A DNA stretch of 64,000 nucleotides. It comes from a virus. The first letter of the stretch is position 1; every line of letters begins with the position of its first letter. A model generated the notes under the pieces. The model had not been told where the DNA came from. It made no database searches and worked only from the letters and a program-made list of their open reading frames with translations. Both the position numbers and the translations under genes were made by a program. Where the stretch lies: the IMG/VR virus record IMGVR_UViG_3300022928_000019, positions 1 to 64,000 of that record. The stretch is one strand, 5' to 3'. Of this stretch, positions 1 to 10,335 are shown one piece after another.

Positions 1-11
1 ATAAATCAGTA

Positions 12-1058
12 GTGGATGGATACACGGAAATCTCATCTCCAGAAAGATTCTATGACAGGGCGAGTTCATTTCTTGAAGACAATTTAGGAACTTACACAGG
101 AAATATTGTTTCTCGTTCTGGAAACTCCATTAATGCTGGCTCTTATGATGTAGTGGTAGATGATCAAGCGACAGATGTCTTTGCGTTTGATGGCACTACA
201 ATCACTATCAAAACCGACTATTTTGTCGGAAATATACAAACCACTGGAAGCATTACCCTAAAGAATAATGCAGGAGTTCTTGGAACTTACGGGCCTAATA
301 CTGTCCTTCCTTGGGAGGTTACAAATGTGGAAGCAACTGCTACCCTGCAACTTTACAATATTACTAAAGTCCGAGAGGTTGAAAATGGAATAGTGACAGG
401 AACGGCAGGAAGTAAAGTGACTGCCTCTGGTACATACACAGGACAAGAAGTGAGCGTAGGCGACAACATCCGTTTACGCATTACTTGCCAAGCAGGGACA
501 TCAGCATTCCTCCCTTATGAGACATTTGGCGTGGCAACGAGCGTAGGAATTAGTTTCATAGCTGATCAGCAACCAGATACGATCTACAATCAGAATGGCA
601 TAAACGCAGACAACCTCACTACCCTATCTGCCGATTACCCAAATGTTCAGATCGACATTTCAGATGGGGATGGGATCGCAGATGCCAGAGAGTTCTATGC
701 ATTCTATGTAAAGCAGACCACAACATCCACTGGTATTGAAAAATGGTTTGGTGCAATCGATGCGATTGATCACATGAACTATCGAGTCAATACTGCAATT
801 TCTGACATCAAATTACAGAACAGGGGTAACACTCCACTGGTAATTTCTGGTGCTAGAATATTCCGTGACAATGGAACAAGTATTCTCCATGCGGATGTCG
901 GAGACCAACCTATGACTCAAGACAATGGCGAACTGATCCAGTATATCAAAGGACAAGTGGATAAGTCTTTAGAAATAAATCTGCCTCCTGCCATTGCAAG
1001 TGACCCAACTATTAGTGGAATTGATAAGAACTCCAAACTAATCCCAGCTCTTTTGTAA
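12..1058 (+). CDS. Virion structural / tail-fibre-like protein, C-terminal part (probably starts before the window)
   Basis: T/G/S/D-rich beta-type sequence; frame is open to the window edge; stop overlaps next ATG (TAATG). Confidence 0.6.
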   Translation: MDGYTEISSPERFYDRASSFLEDNLGTYTGNIVSRSGNSINAGSYDVVVDDQATDVFAFDGTTITIKTDYFVGNIQTTGSITLKNNAGVLGTYGPNTVLPWEVTNVEATATLQLYNITKVREVENGIVTGTAGSKVTASGTYTGQEVSVGDNIRLRITCQAGTSAFLPYETFGVATSVGISFIADQQPDTIYNQNGINADNLTTLSADYPNVQIDISDGDGIADAREFYAFYVKQTTTSTGIEKWFGAIDAIDHMNYRVNTAISDIKLQNRGNTPLVISGARIFRDNGTSILHADVGDQPMTQDNGELIQYIKGQVDKSLEINLPPAIASDPTISGIDKNSKLIPALL

Positions 1059-1645
1059 TGTCTACATCTGTATTCACAGTAATTGGGCAGAGAGTTAGGT
1101 CTCTTATAGATACAAAGCTTGATAAGTCAGGAGGCTCGATCAGTGGCACACTAACTCTTGCTGTCCCTCCAACAGATGCTACACATGCAGTAAATAAGTC
1201 TTATGTAGATAATGCAGTAAGTGACTTTGATGTGTCGGGCTATGCTCCCCTAGATGGTGCTACATTTACTGGTCCCGTTGCCTCCACCACCTTGACTTCC
1301 AATACACTTACGTTGGATGGTACTGATGTAGGCATAGAAGAGGATTTTATCGGTGGGGCAATAGCATCAGATGATGAGGTATCTGTAAAGAAGACCGAGT
1401 TTGAGGCTATGGCAAATGGCAACATAGCCTCCTTTACAGGGAACACAAGTGCCTTACCAACAACTGTTATAACAACTGTATATACAGACCCCACAGAGAT
1501 AAGCTACAATCTGGAGAGACAGAGAGACGAAAGTACAAATACGATTGTAAAGGTAAAGATTACTCGAGCATCTGAAGGGGCATCAGAATTTCTAACGAAC
1601 GGAGGGTCTTTTAGGGTAGGAGAGACCCCAATAACCTTCTATTAA
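1058..1645 (+). CDS. Tail fibre-associated protein
   Basis: KLDKSGGSISGTL...PTDATHAVNKSYVD and YAPLDGATFTG motifs typical of phage fibre repeats. Confidence 0.7.
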   Translation: MSTSVFTVIGQRVRSLIDTKLDKSGGSISGTLTLAVPPTDATHAVNKSYVDNAVSDFDVSGYAPLDGATFTGPVASTTLTSNTLTLDGTDVGIEEDFIGGAIASDDEVSVKKTEFEAMANGNIASFTGNTSALPTTVITTVYTDPTEISYNLERQRDESTNTIVKVKITRASEGASEFLTNGGSFRVGETPITFY

Positions 1646-1660
1646 ACAGCATCCTTTTTC

Positions 1661-1696
1661 TTGCCGTTTATTGAGTAACCTAATAATGTAAGTAAC
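1661..1696 (+). promoter_or_regulatory. Sigma70-like promoter overlapping the GTAACCTA-N6-TAAGTAAC motif; probably leaderless
   Basis: TTGCCG(1661)-17 nt-TAATGT(1684); motif at 1675-1696 is followed directly by ATG at 1697. Confidence 0.6.
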
Positions 1697-2518
1697 ATGA
1701 GCATCAATCCCATCACATTTGGAGTACCTTCATACGATCCCCCATTTAGCGTAAGCACAGGAGATGTAGATAATCTCAAGCTAAGATCTAAAGAAATAGC
1801 ACCGCTTAGCCATGAGTCTTTAGATGAGAATTTTTGCAATTTAGCTAATAAAATCAACGAGATTTTAAATCTTGGAATTTCAGATGTAACAATCACCGGG
1901 GGAGTCATCTCTGCTGCGAACCTCCAGGTATCTGGATCAGGTGTAATATCCGTGTCGGGTACAGGAGTGATTAGTCATGCTAACAGAACTGCAGCAAGTG
2001 GTTACAATATAGCTACACTTGATGGCACCACGGATAAAGTAGTTAATGGATTGATAGCTGACTCACATGGTCATGTGACTGGAATTAAGACTAGAGTTAT
2101 AGATTTATCTCCTTATGCAACTACTGACTCCCTAAGTAATTATGCAACTACTAGCTCCCTAAGTAATTATGCAACTACTAGCTCTCTAAGTGGTTATGCT
2201 ACTACTGACTCCCTAAGTAATTATGCAACTACTAGCTCTCTAAGTAATTATGCAACTACTAGCTCTCTAAGTGGTTATGCTACTACTGACTCTCTAAGTA
2301 ATTATGCACTAACTACCTCTCTAAGTGGTTATGCTACTACGATGGAGTTGAGTACTACAAATGGTAATGTAAACAGTAATACCGCGAACATATCCACTAA
2401 TGCCACGGACATAAGTACTCTTCAGACTTCTATTTCTACATTAGATACTGAAAAGTTAGATGCAGCTGCCTTAAGCTTTGACTCTGGAACTGGAGTTTTA
2501 ACCATAACCACATCCTAA
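1697..2518 (+). CDS. Tail fibre protein with YATTxSLSN repeats
   Basis: PLSHESLDENF N-terminal anchor-like motif, DSHGHVTG fibre motif, 9-aa repeats, coiled-coil C-terminus. Confidence 0.7.
   Translation: MSINPITFGVPSYDPPFSVSTGDVDNLKLRSKEIAPLSHESLDENFCNLANKINEILNLGISDVTITGGVISAANLQVSGSGVISVSGTGVISHANRTAASGYNIATLDGTTDKVVNGLIADSHGHVTGIKTRVIDLSPYATTDSLSNYATTSSLSNYATTSSLSGYATTDSLSNYATTSSLSNYATTSSLSGYATTDSLSNYALTTSLSGYATTMELSTTNGNVNSNTANISTNATDISTLQTSISTLDTEKLDAAALSFDSGTGVLTITTS
2114..2340 (+). repeat. 27-bp coding tandem repeat, about 8.4 copies, with an 81-bp higher-order period
   Basis: tatgc(a/t)actact(gac/agc)tc(c/t)ctaagt(aat/ggt) read directly. Confidence 0.95.
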
Positions 2519-2538
2519 GCTAATAGGCTATAAGCCTC

Positions 2539-5250
2539 ATGGCGTTTGAGTTTACAGAATCTGAGAAATTAAAAATCTCAGCGATTACAGGAGGTCAAGG
2601 TGGCTTAGCTGTATTGACTTCTAGGCTTGGATTAGAGCCTATTCCTAGCGATGCAGTCGAGAACCAGCTGCAGCGTTGGATAAAGTATATCGAGGCTGAT
2701 GCCACTTTAAAAAAGATGGCATATGAAACCAAGGATGCAGATGGTACTATCTGTTGGGCATGCAGGAAAAAGAAAGAGCAACTTGGGAGGAACGGTTCAT
2801 ACGGCCCTATTAAGTTAAATGACTATAGGGATTCAAACGGTAATCTTGAACGAAGCACTTTGGCTGCATTAGAGGCAGCAGTAGTAGGATATGGTCATTA
2901 TCAAGAATACGGAAAGAAAGAGGGTCGTAAGCTTGCTCCAATAGTATCCGATATGGATTCAAATTTTGAGGAGATAAGAAATTCTTTAAATGAATACCAG
3001 TTAGATTCTACTCAAGCAAAATCAATGATGTTTACTAGATTTAAATCCTTAGGCGGATTTAATGAATGGAACCGAACTGTAGATAGATTTAAAAATGCAT
3101 TTAGTGCCAAAAAAGGCTCTATTTCAGATAGTGCTGCTCATGCTTTTGTCTCTGTTAATCCAGAAATTGCAGCCAATATCATAAAAAATTATGCCACATA
3201 TAAGGCAGGTCAAGGCAGAAGAAGGGTAGGTTTTGTATTTAATGATGAAGCTAATGCAGCCTTTGATGCAATGTTATCGGAATCTGGCGATCAGTATGTA
3301 CTTAAGAGTGACTACGAAATAGATGAGCTTACTAAGCTAACTACTCCATATGATTTTGATAGAGGAAGTAGGTATATTGGTAATACAGAAAAAGGTGCAT
3401 TTGATAGCAACGGACATTTAAAAGAAACCGATTCATATGTAGTGGCAGCAGATTCAGGGAAGTGGTTCTCTCACTCTAAGCTTGGTTGGATGTTACAGGC
3501 AGGAACTGAAGACAATTGGCATTATTCAACTGACTATGGGTGGCTCTACATGGACGATCCTGGAGTTGAGGATCGCTACCAATCAGATAGTTGGATATGG
3601 AGTTCAAATACAGATCAGTGGATGTATCCAATTGTTGGTGGTAAAGAAGGTCAAAGTTTGTATTTCGCAACAAATAGTAAGGGCAAGGATGATAAAACTC
3701 AGTTTCTTTATATTGATACTGATGGTTCTACAATGGGGGACGATAACAAATACTGGGTTCACGATGGCGAAACATGGACTTCCCTCAATAATGACGGTGC
3801 ATCTCTAGATTTAGTACAAGATAGAATTGATTTGATCGTTGATTCCGAAGGATTCGTAGACCAGGGAAATGAAATAACTGAGGAGTTAATATCCTTTGCG
3901 CCTGATGGTAGTTACCTAGATGACAAAATAGATGCGATTGCGGCTGAAGTTGCTAAGTCTGATTTGGAGTTTAACGAATACATGGATGAGCAGTTTGATA
4001 CTGTTGCTAGACCAATTGATTATACACCAGCAGGAAGTGTTTCTTCCGGTATTGATGAATCTAATGGAGAAGTTGCAGACCCTATTTCTTACGATATAGA
4101 TGGGGCATATGGAGTAGATGCTGCACTTCTCACTGATTATCAATCGAGACTTAATGAAGTCGCAAGGGATATGCGTTACAAGGGCATTAATGAGGGTCTT
4201 ATACCTAGCTTAATTAAAAAGACTGAGCTATATAAAGATCTTATGGATAGCCTAGGAGGCAGTGATGCTTCCGACGCTGGTCAATTAGTGGATGCGATGG
4301 TTCAAGCTGCAGCTGAGAAAACTGCACAAGATACTAATGTAGCAAAGAACATAACAATGTTTGATTCTAGGGGTGGTGCTATGCTTGACCCAATGATGAG
4401 TCTAGATGAGAAACTTTCAGTAAGGACAGCTAAGCCAAGTAGGTATGCAACTGCAGAGGATGTTGAGAAGGGATATGCCCAGGGGGTTGGTGAGCTTATT
4501 AAGAACCCAGACTTCGATCCAACTTTATCTTATTACTTTGAGTATAGAAATCCTGAGACAGGACAACTAGAGACTAGAGCATTTCGTCCTGACATGGCTG
4601 GGAAACAGCCATTTATGGAGAACCAAGAGCGTCTAATTGATGGTTCTAATGCAGTCATAGATAGTCATATGGATAAAATTTTTAACAAGGGTGAGGATGG
4701 TCTTTCTGACTATGAGAGAAAGCTTAATAAAACGATTAATTTATTAAAGCAGGAAGGCTTGATTGCAGATGAAGGTGGTGATGATCTTTACACCAAAGAG
4801 GGCATGAAGCAGCTGAATTATATCTTTGGTGACGATGAGGATTCTTACACTGGTAAGCGCGAAGATTACAACGAGATGAATAAGTTTCTTCGTGAAAAAC
4901 AGAATTACTATCAAGGCTTATCAGAACAGGAAACATTGGATAGGTCAGCTAAATTGATCTCAGCAATCAATGATACTGAGCCTGTTTCAAATGCAAGGGA
5001 GAGGGCAGCCCAACGCATGAGGCTTGCTAGGTTCGGTGGTGATATAGGTTCTGGTGATACTTTGTTTGATAATAGTCTGAAGGATAAAGTTAATCCTGTT
5101 AACCTAGATAACATAACCGGGGAAGGTACACTTTATACTAACGATCAAATCCAAGAACTTGGGATCGGTGGTGGCCTTGCTAATGCACCTACAATGAGTG
5201 ACGAACTTAAGCAAAACCAATACTCTAAAAATCTTATACTTCCCCAATAG
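2539..5250 (+). CDS. Virion protein with Trp-rich domain (903 aa)
   Basis: Long ORF in the late operon; WFSHSKLGW...WHYSTDYGWLY...WIWS...WMYP segment. Confidence 0.65.
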   Translation: MAFEFTESEKLKISAITGGQGGLAVLTSRLGLEPIPSDAVENQLQRWIKYIEADATLKKMAYETKDADGTICWACRKKKEQLGRNGSYGPIKLNDYRDSNGNLERSTLAALEAAVVGYGHYQEYGKKEGRKLAPIVSDMDSNFEEIRNSLNEYQLDSTQAKSMMFTRFKSLGGFNEWNRTVDRFKNAFSAKKGSISDSAAHAFVSVNPEIAANIIKNYATYKAGQGRRRVGFVFNDEANAAFDAMLSESGDQYVLKSDYEIDELTKLTTPYDFDRGSRYIGNTEKGAFDSNGHLKETDSYVVAADSGKWFSHSKLGWMLQAGTEDNWHYSTDYGWLYMDDPGVEDRYQSDSWIWSSNTDQWMYPIVGGKEGQSLYFATNSKGKDDKTQFLYIDTDGSTMGDDNKYWVHDGETWTSLNNDGASLDLVQDRIDLIVDSEGFVDQGNEITEELISFAPDGSYLDDKIDAIAAEVAKSDLEFNEYMDEQFDTVARPIDYTPAGSVSSGIDESNGEVADPISYDIDGAYGVDAALLTDYQSRLNEVARDMRYKGINEGLIPSLIKKTELYKDLMDSLGGSDASDAGQLVDAMVQAAAEKTAQDTNVAKNITMFDSRGGAMLDPMMSLDEKLSVRTAKPSRYATAEDVEKGYAQGVGELIKNPDFDPTLSYYFEYRNPETGQLETRAFRPDMAGKQPFMENQERLIDGSNAVIDSHMDKIFNKGEDGLSDYERKLNKTINLLKQEGLIADEGGDDLYTKEGMKQLNYIFGDDEDSYTGKREDYNEMNKFLREKQNYYQGLSEQETLDRSAKLISAINDTEPVSNARERAAQRMRLARFGGDIGSGDTLFDNSLKDKVNPVNLDNITGEGTLYTNDQIQELGIGGGLANAPTMSDELKQNQYSKNLILPQ

Positions 5251-5252
5251 TT

Positions 5253-7214
5253 ATGAGCCTAGGTTTATTTGATCAATCAAATCCTCATACCCCGACATTA
5301 TTCGAGGAACGTAAAAAACGCTACGATGATGATTCATTTTTCACCAATCAAGGCTTTGATTTGCAAGGAGAGAACAGTTACGATTGGATGCCTGAAGGCA
5401 CGAAACTATTTTATAACAAAGATAGTAATCGATATGGTTTTAAGGATATGTCTGGTGCTGGCTATCAGGCTGACGCAGGCAACTTACTAAAAGATGGATC
5501 AATCGATGGTGACTTATTTAAGAAAGAATATGATTCTTTGAGAGACAGAGGCAAAGCGAAACTCACGAGTGATCGCTTTTCGGAAATGTACCCTTACTAC
5601 TCAGCAGAAGGTAGGGGGCAAAGTAATCTTCATGCTGGATCGCTGCGAGATAAGCCATTTGCTGGGACTTATTCTCAGATCGGCGCAGATGATACTTATG
5701 GTGGTTATAATTTAACAAACCGCAGGCGTGGTAGTGGCTTCATTACGGATGTAAGGGATAACGATGGTAATGTATTACACTCTTATAGTTCACCTAGTTC
5801 CAATCATTTTGGTGGAGCTTTAGACTGGATCGACAATCATAGAAAGAATGAGTACTCAAACCTTAATGGGGCTTTACAAGAAACTGATGCAGGTACTTCA
5901 GTCAACTCAAACCTCGAAGGAGCCTTGGCTACTCAGCCTACTGCATCGGAGGTCATTACTGAAACAATTAGTCCTACTGACTTATCTTTAGAAACCATCG
6001 ACTACAAAGGCCTCCCCGCTGCAGAACAGGCCTTACTAATTGAGCAAATTGAGGATGCTGCCACGAGGCATGATTGGCGAAGTATGGCAGCCGAGGATAA
6101 GTTCAATTTACTCAAGGAATACCTGCCTAATCTTACTAGTGCTAGATTGGCTGTGTTAACCGAGCAAATTACTGATGCACAAAGCGCGTATAATATTTTA
6201 ATTCAAGGTTCCCTCACTAAAGAGAATGAGATCACCAAGGCTTCTTCTGATCTAGCTCAAGCTGAGATGGACTCAAATCTTGCTAGGTATAGAAACATTA
6301 CTGATACACTTAGGGGAGACAGGCTAAGTTCAGAGCGAGCAGGAGAAGGTAGAGGAAATAATTTTGCAGATAGACTTTTACTTCAAGCAGAGATGAGTGC
6401 TGCAGATAAGTATGAGCAGTTAGAGAATGCCTCTAAACTATCAGATGCACAACGTAAGTATGGTGCTACCGTTTCAGGGGCAGGAGAAAGGGCAGAGGCT
6501 GTTAAGCTTCTCGCAGATACAACCCTAAGTAATAATGTATCACAGGTTGCACTAGAGGAGAAAACTTCGATATTCCAAGCCCTGCAGGACAAAGCCACCG
6601 CACAGCAGGCAATAGCCGATGAATTAGCTCAAGTATTAGGCACTACTCAGGAGAAGACATTACCTGCAGTTAAGATGGCAGAGTTGATCATCGAACAGGC
6701 ATCTCAGGAGGGCAAGATGGAGATAGCCAATGCAGAAGAAAAGAGTGCGGCAGTAATAGATAGTGCAAGGGAGCTATTATCCAACTCAAGCCTACTCCAG
6801 TCGCTTTCTGAGCAATTGGGAGACGAAGCCCTTGTATTAGGCGCAGAGTACACCGAAGAACAGAAGGACTTCGTGCAGAGGATACAAAATCTTAAGAACA
6901 TTCCTGGTCTCGTTAATGCTATTCTTGATAGAGTTCCTGCAGATATGTTCGCAGTCTACACATCTCTGTACGAGCAGATTGGTGCTATTTGGGCTGCTGG
7001 TGTTGTTGCTGGGCTAGTGGATCAAGATGGGTATTTAATACCTGACACTTCGTTTGCTGAGACCGTAGCAGGAGATTCGGCATTTGAAGAGTTGTTTGCA
7101 ATACAGGAGCAATCAGGAGAAGATGGAGTAGAGGGTGCAGTAAATACTGGAGTTGATATGTTGGGAGATGTAATTAATGGACTATTTAAAAACTTTGGGA
7201 AAGGAGACGAATAA
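5253..7214 (+). CDS. Putative internal virion (ejection) protein
   Basis: 653 aa, Ala/Glu/Gln-rich helical, located before the giant virion protein. Confidence 0.55.
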   Translation: MSLGLFDQSNPHTPTLFEERKKRYDDDSFFTNQGFDLQGENSYDWMPEGTKLFYNKDSNRYGFKDMSGAGYQADAGNLLKDGSIDGDLFKKEYDSLRDRGKAKLTSDRFSEMYPYYSAEGRGQSNLHAGSLRDKPFAGTYSQIGADDTYGGYNLTNRRRGSGFITDVRDNDGNVLHSYSSPSSNHFGGALDWIDNHRKNEYSNLNGALQETDAGTSVNSNLEGALATQPTASEVITETISPTDLSLETIDYKGLPAAEQALLIEQIEDAATRHDWRSMAAEDKFNLLKEYLPNLTSARLAVLTEQITDAQSAYNILIQGSLTKENEITKASSDLAQAEMDSNLARYRNITDTLRGDRLSSERAGEGRGNNFADRLLLQAEMSAADKYEQLENASKLSDAQRKYGATVSGAGERAEAVKLLADTTLSNNVSQVALEEKTSIFQALQDKATAQQAIADELAQVLGTTQEKTLPAVKMAELIIEQASQEGKMEIANAEEKSAAVIDSARELLSNSSLLQSLSEQLGDEALVLGAEYTEEQKDFVQRIQNLKNIPGLVNAILDRVPADMFAVYTSLYEQIGAIWAAGVVAGLVDQDGYLIPDTSFAETVAGDSAFEELFAIQEQSGEDGVEGAVNTGVDMLGDVINGLFKNFGKGDE

Positions 7215-9898
7215 TGCCAATAGCAGTTATGGATCCAGGTCAGATGATAAGGCCGAAGCAAGTAGTCGCACCAGTTGCCCCTTCTGCTGGCTCTGGCATA
7301 ATGTCTCCTGGCACACCTATTAGAGTTGACCCTAAAGGCACTGCTCGCCAAGCAGCACGAGATAGAATCTTACGTCGGCAAAGAGTTTCAGATGCTGAGC
7401 TTGCTCGTCAGCAAATGATTGAAGATGCAATCCTAGCAAGAAGACAGAAAATAGAGGACGATAAGTATTTAAGGCAGATACAGATCGATGATGCCGCCTA
7501 TGAAGATGAAAAATTTTTAAGAGACCAAGAGTACAAAGATGAGAGAGCAGATGACATTGCTAGAATCAAAAGAGGAGAGGATTTAGCTGACGATATAACA
7601 AATCGAGGTCGTGTTTTATCGGATAGAGATGACCTCCGAGGCTACAAAAGAGAAGTCCTTGAAGATGAAAGAGGCTATAATAATGATCAGCGTGATGAAA
7701 AGTATAGAAGAGAAGATGCCCTGCGTGATGAAAAGTATAGAAGAGAAGATGATCAGCGTGATGAAAAGTATAGAAGAGAAGATGAGGTAGATCTAAAAGA
7801 CTACAATCGTGGTGCTACTGACCGAGATCAGCAAAGAGCGAAGCATAAACTCTGGGTAAAAGAGTCTAAGGCTAGACTTAGGGAGAGTCGGTTAACGCAA
7901 GAGCAGATAAAAAGTGATGCACTTTTTAAAACTAAACAACTATATGCTGAGTTTTTAAATGATGTTGCATCTAATGAAGAAACTAGCGGTTACAGAGAGA
8001 GGCTAGATGCGGTCATTGATTCCCTTAGTGTAGAAGAAAAGGCTTTGCAGACCTACGCTATGGAAAGAACCATTGGGGCATTGAATAGCGCCATAGAAGT
8101 ATACATAGATGTAGGCTTAGATTCTGACGAAAGTGAAGAGTGGTTGGAGAATCTGTTTTCCCAAGCAGGACTTCAAGAAGTCACTGAGATTAGCACTGAA
8201 ACTATAGAGGAACTGGCCTTTAAAGTTATGTCACAGGTTGAGGCTGATTCAAGTATAGCTTTGGGAATTGCTCCTCTTACTGAAGTAAAGACTGCAATTG
8301 AAGTTGCTGCTAGAGATCAGAAGTTACTAGTTGAGCAGAAAAAGCAATTCGAGATTGCTCGATCAAAAGTCTCAAACGAGGCAATGGATCCTAAAGCAAT
8401 CGAGTACATGAAGAGAGCATTTAGGACGAAGATCGGTAACCTAGGTGAGGATGCATTTGAGGAAGTTGAATCAAAGACAAAGTTAGATGAAGATGGTAAG
8501 CCTCGAGATATTCCTAGTGATAATCCAACAGAAGACGTAGGTGGTAATAGCATCGATAAGGATCCTCCTCTAGTAACAAAGGGGGACACAAAAGCCTTCC
8601 TTGATGACTTGGGCAACGAGAACCCTACGGAAGAGGCAATTAAAGATACTGAGGATATTGACGAATCCAATAGCTCTGCAACCATTGCCCCTGCCCCTGA
8701 GGGTGCATCAACCTTTATTGAGCCAAATGCTACTGAGGGTGAGTCTAATAGCTCTGCAGTAATTAATCCTGGTGCATCATCTTTCATAGATGAAAATGCG
8801 ACAGACGATGACAACATGACTGAGCCTGATGACTTCGATCCTCGATCCATGACCCTTAATGCAGTTGATCTTGCTGGTAAAGGAATAGATGTTTTGGACA
8901 GAATGGCTAATACCCAAGTAGATGTTGTTGGGCCTCTTACGGATGCAGCAGAATTTGTAGGAGAGAATGCAGAGATTATTGCCCCGGCTGTAGTTGCTGC
9001 TCGTAAACCACTCGGAAAAGGAATTAAGAAAGGTTACGAAGGTCTTGAGAATGTAATTGGGAAAGCGGGAGATGCAGTTGCGAACACTGCTCCAGTTCAA
9101 GCTTTAACTGCACCAGATCCTAGCGTTGGAAATATTGATGATTTAGTTCCAGATGTTGACCCGAATAAACCAGTTGCACAGAGATGGAAAACTCCTGATG
9201 GTGTGGATGTAACAGGGCAAAAGGGAGTTTCTAATGCAAGGCCAGTAAAGGTCAGTAATCTTATGTCTGAGGAATCAGTAGGTAGGGCTAATCAACTTCT
9301 AGAGAGCAAGGGATTCAAGCCATTTACTGAACCACTGCCCGATGCAGATCCTAATAAGAAGTTAGATTTAAAACAAAGAGCCGAATGGCAGTTAAGGTTC
9401 AGAGATCACATTAACCAACAAGTGGCAAGCGGTCGTACTACTTTAAGAACTAGGTTAATGAATGCCTTAAAGGCAATGAAGCCAGGAATGCCACAGGGTA
9501 AACTCGGTAAGTTTTTGAAAGTTCTAGCGCCTGCTGCTACTGCATATGAAGTGATTGCACTTGGTAAGGATATTTACGAGTTACTTAGTAGAGAAGATCC
9601 TGAAGCTGCTCAAGCAGTAAAGGAGCAACTTGAGGTAGAAGAGGCAGGTATTATAGCAGAGGAAAGTATGGCTCCGATCACTGAAGAGATTCAGAACTCT
9701 ATGGGTACTTCAGAAGAGGTTTCCATGCCAATTGAAGAAATGAATAACTCTGCAGACTTTTCCTCTGGTGAGGCTGGAACTTACAACCTTCCACCAAACT
9801 TAGCCGAGGCGCTAAAAATGGATAATTTAGAAAACTTAGAGAAGAAGGATTCTCTTTCTTCTAACGAGATGGTTGACCTAATAATGGGAAGCCAATGA
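7214..9898 (+). CDS. Putative internal virion (ejection) protein
   Basis: 894 aa; R/D/E-rich charged helix N-terminus; coupled by TAATG overlap. Confidence 0.55.
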   Translation: MPIAVMDPGQMIRPKQVVAPVAPSAGSGIMSPGTPIRVDPKGTARQAARDRILRRQRVSDAELARQQMIEDAILARRQKIEDDKYLRQIQIDDAAYEDEKFLRDQEYKDERADDIARIKRGEDLADDITNRGRVLSDRDDLRGYKREVLEDERGYNNDQRDEKYRREDALRDEKYRREDDQRDEKYRREDEVDLKDYNRGATDRDQQRAKHKLWVKESKARLRESRLTQEQIKSDALFKTKQLYAEFLNDVASNEETSGYRERLDAVIDSLSVEEKALQTYAMERTIGALNSAIEVYIDVGLDSDESEEWLENLFSQAGLQEVTEISTETIEELAFKVMSQVEADSSIALGIAPLTEVKTAIEVAARDQKLLVEQKKQFEIARSKVSNEAMDPKAIEYMKRAFRTKIGNLGEDAFEEVESKTKLDEDGKPRDIPSDNPTEDVGGNSIDKDPPLVTKGDTKAFLDDLGNENPTEEAIKDTEDIDESNSSATIAPAPEGASTFIEPNATEGESNSSAVINPGASSFIDENATDDDNMTEPDDFDPRSMTLNAVDLAGKGIDVLDRMANTQVDVVGPLTDAAEFVGENAEIIAPAVVAARKPLGKGIKKGYEGLENVIGKAGDAVANTAPVQALTAPDPSVGNIDDLVPDVDPNKPVAQRWKTPDGVDVTGQKGVSNARPVKVSNLMSEESVGRANQLLESKGFKPFTEPLPDADPNKKLDLKQRAEWQLRFRDHINQQVASGRTTLRTRLMNALKAMKPGMPQGKLGKFLKVLAPAATAYEVIALGKDIYELLSREDPEAAQAVKEQLEVEEAGIIAEESMAPITEEIQNSMGTSEEVSMPIEEMNNSADFSSGEAGTYNLPPNLAEALKMDNLENLEKKDSLSSNEMVDLIMGSQ
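7690..7783 (+). repeat. 33-bp-period coding repeat x3 (RDEKYRRED)
   Basis: gcgtgatgaaaagtatagaagagaagat occurs three times. Confidence 0.9.
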
Positions 9899-10299
9899 AT
9901 AATGCCGAGTTCAATGAGTGGGCTAAATCTTACCTTAACCAAGTAGAGACAACCAAGCTTAAGCCTTTCAATCCTCAGGAATTACTTGATAATCAAGAGA
10001 GGATTCAGGATAAAAGAGACAATCATCTTAAGCACAATATTGCTAGTGGGTCTTTAGGTTTAGCAGGGACTGCTCTTGCGTACACCAATCCAATTGCGGG
10101 TACTGCCTTGGGGCTTTCGTCATTCCTTCCCCAAATAAAACATAGGGCAGAGAACGCAGGAGACATGAGCTTGGGGTATGGCCCAAGTATATCTAGTCCA
10201 GATCAATTTAAAAACCCCAACGAGAGAGAAGATTACTACCGAACAGATAGTAAATCTACTGCTCCACCAGCACAAATAATTGCACCAAAAATGCCATAA
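9895..10299 (+). CDS. Hypothetical protein with central hydrophobic Gly/Ala segment
   Basis: ATGA overlap with the upstream gene; SGSLGLAGTALAYTNPIAGTALGLS. Confidence 0.6.
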   Translation: MNNAEFNEWAKSYLNQVETTKLKPFNPQELLDNQERIQDKRDNHLKHNIASGSLGLAGTALAYTNPIAGTALGLSSFLPQIKHRAENAGDMSLGYGPSISSPDQFKNPNEREDYYRTDSKSTAPPAQIIAPKMP

Positions 10300-10304
10300 T
10301 CTTT

Positions 10305-10326
10305 ACAACCTAGATATCTAGGTTAC
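10305..10326 (+). promoter_or_regulatory. GTAACCTA-type motif (palindromic copy)
   Basis: ACAACCTA GATATC TAGGTTAC, 9 nt before ATG at 10336. Confidence 0.7.
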
Positions 10327-10335
10327 AATATAAGC

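Noticed and set aside
2114-2340. Possible CRISPR array
   Set aside because: Repeats are contiguous, in frame and have no unique spacers; no cas operon.
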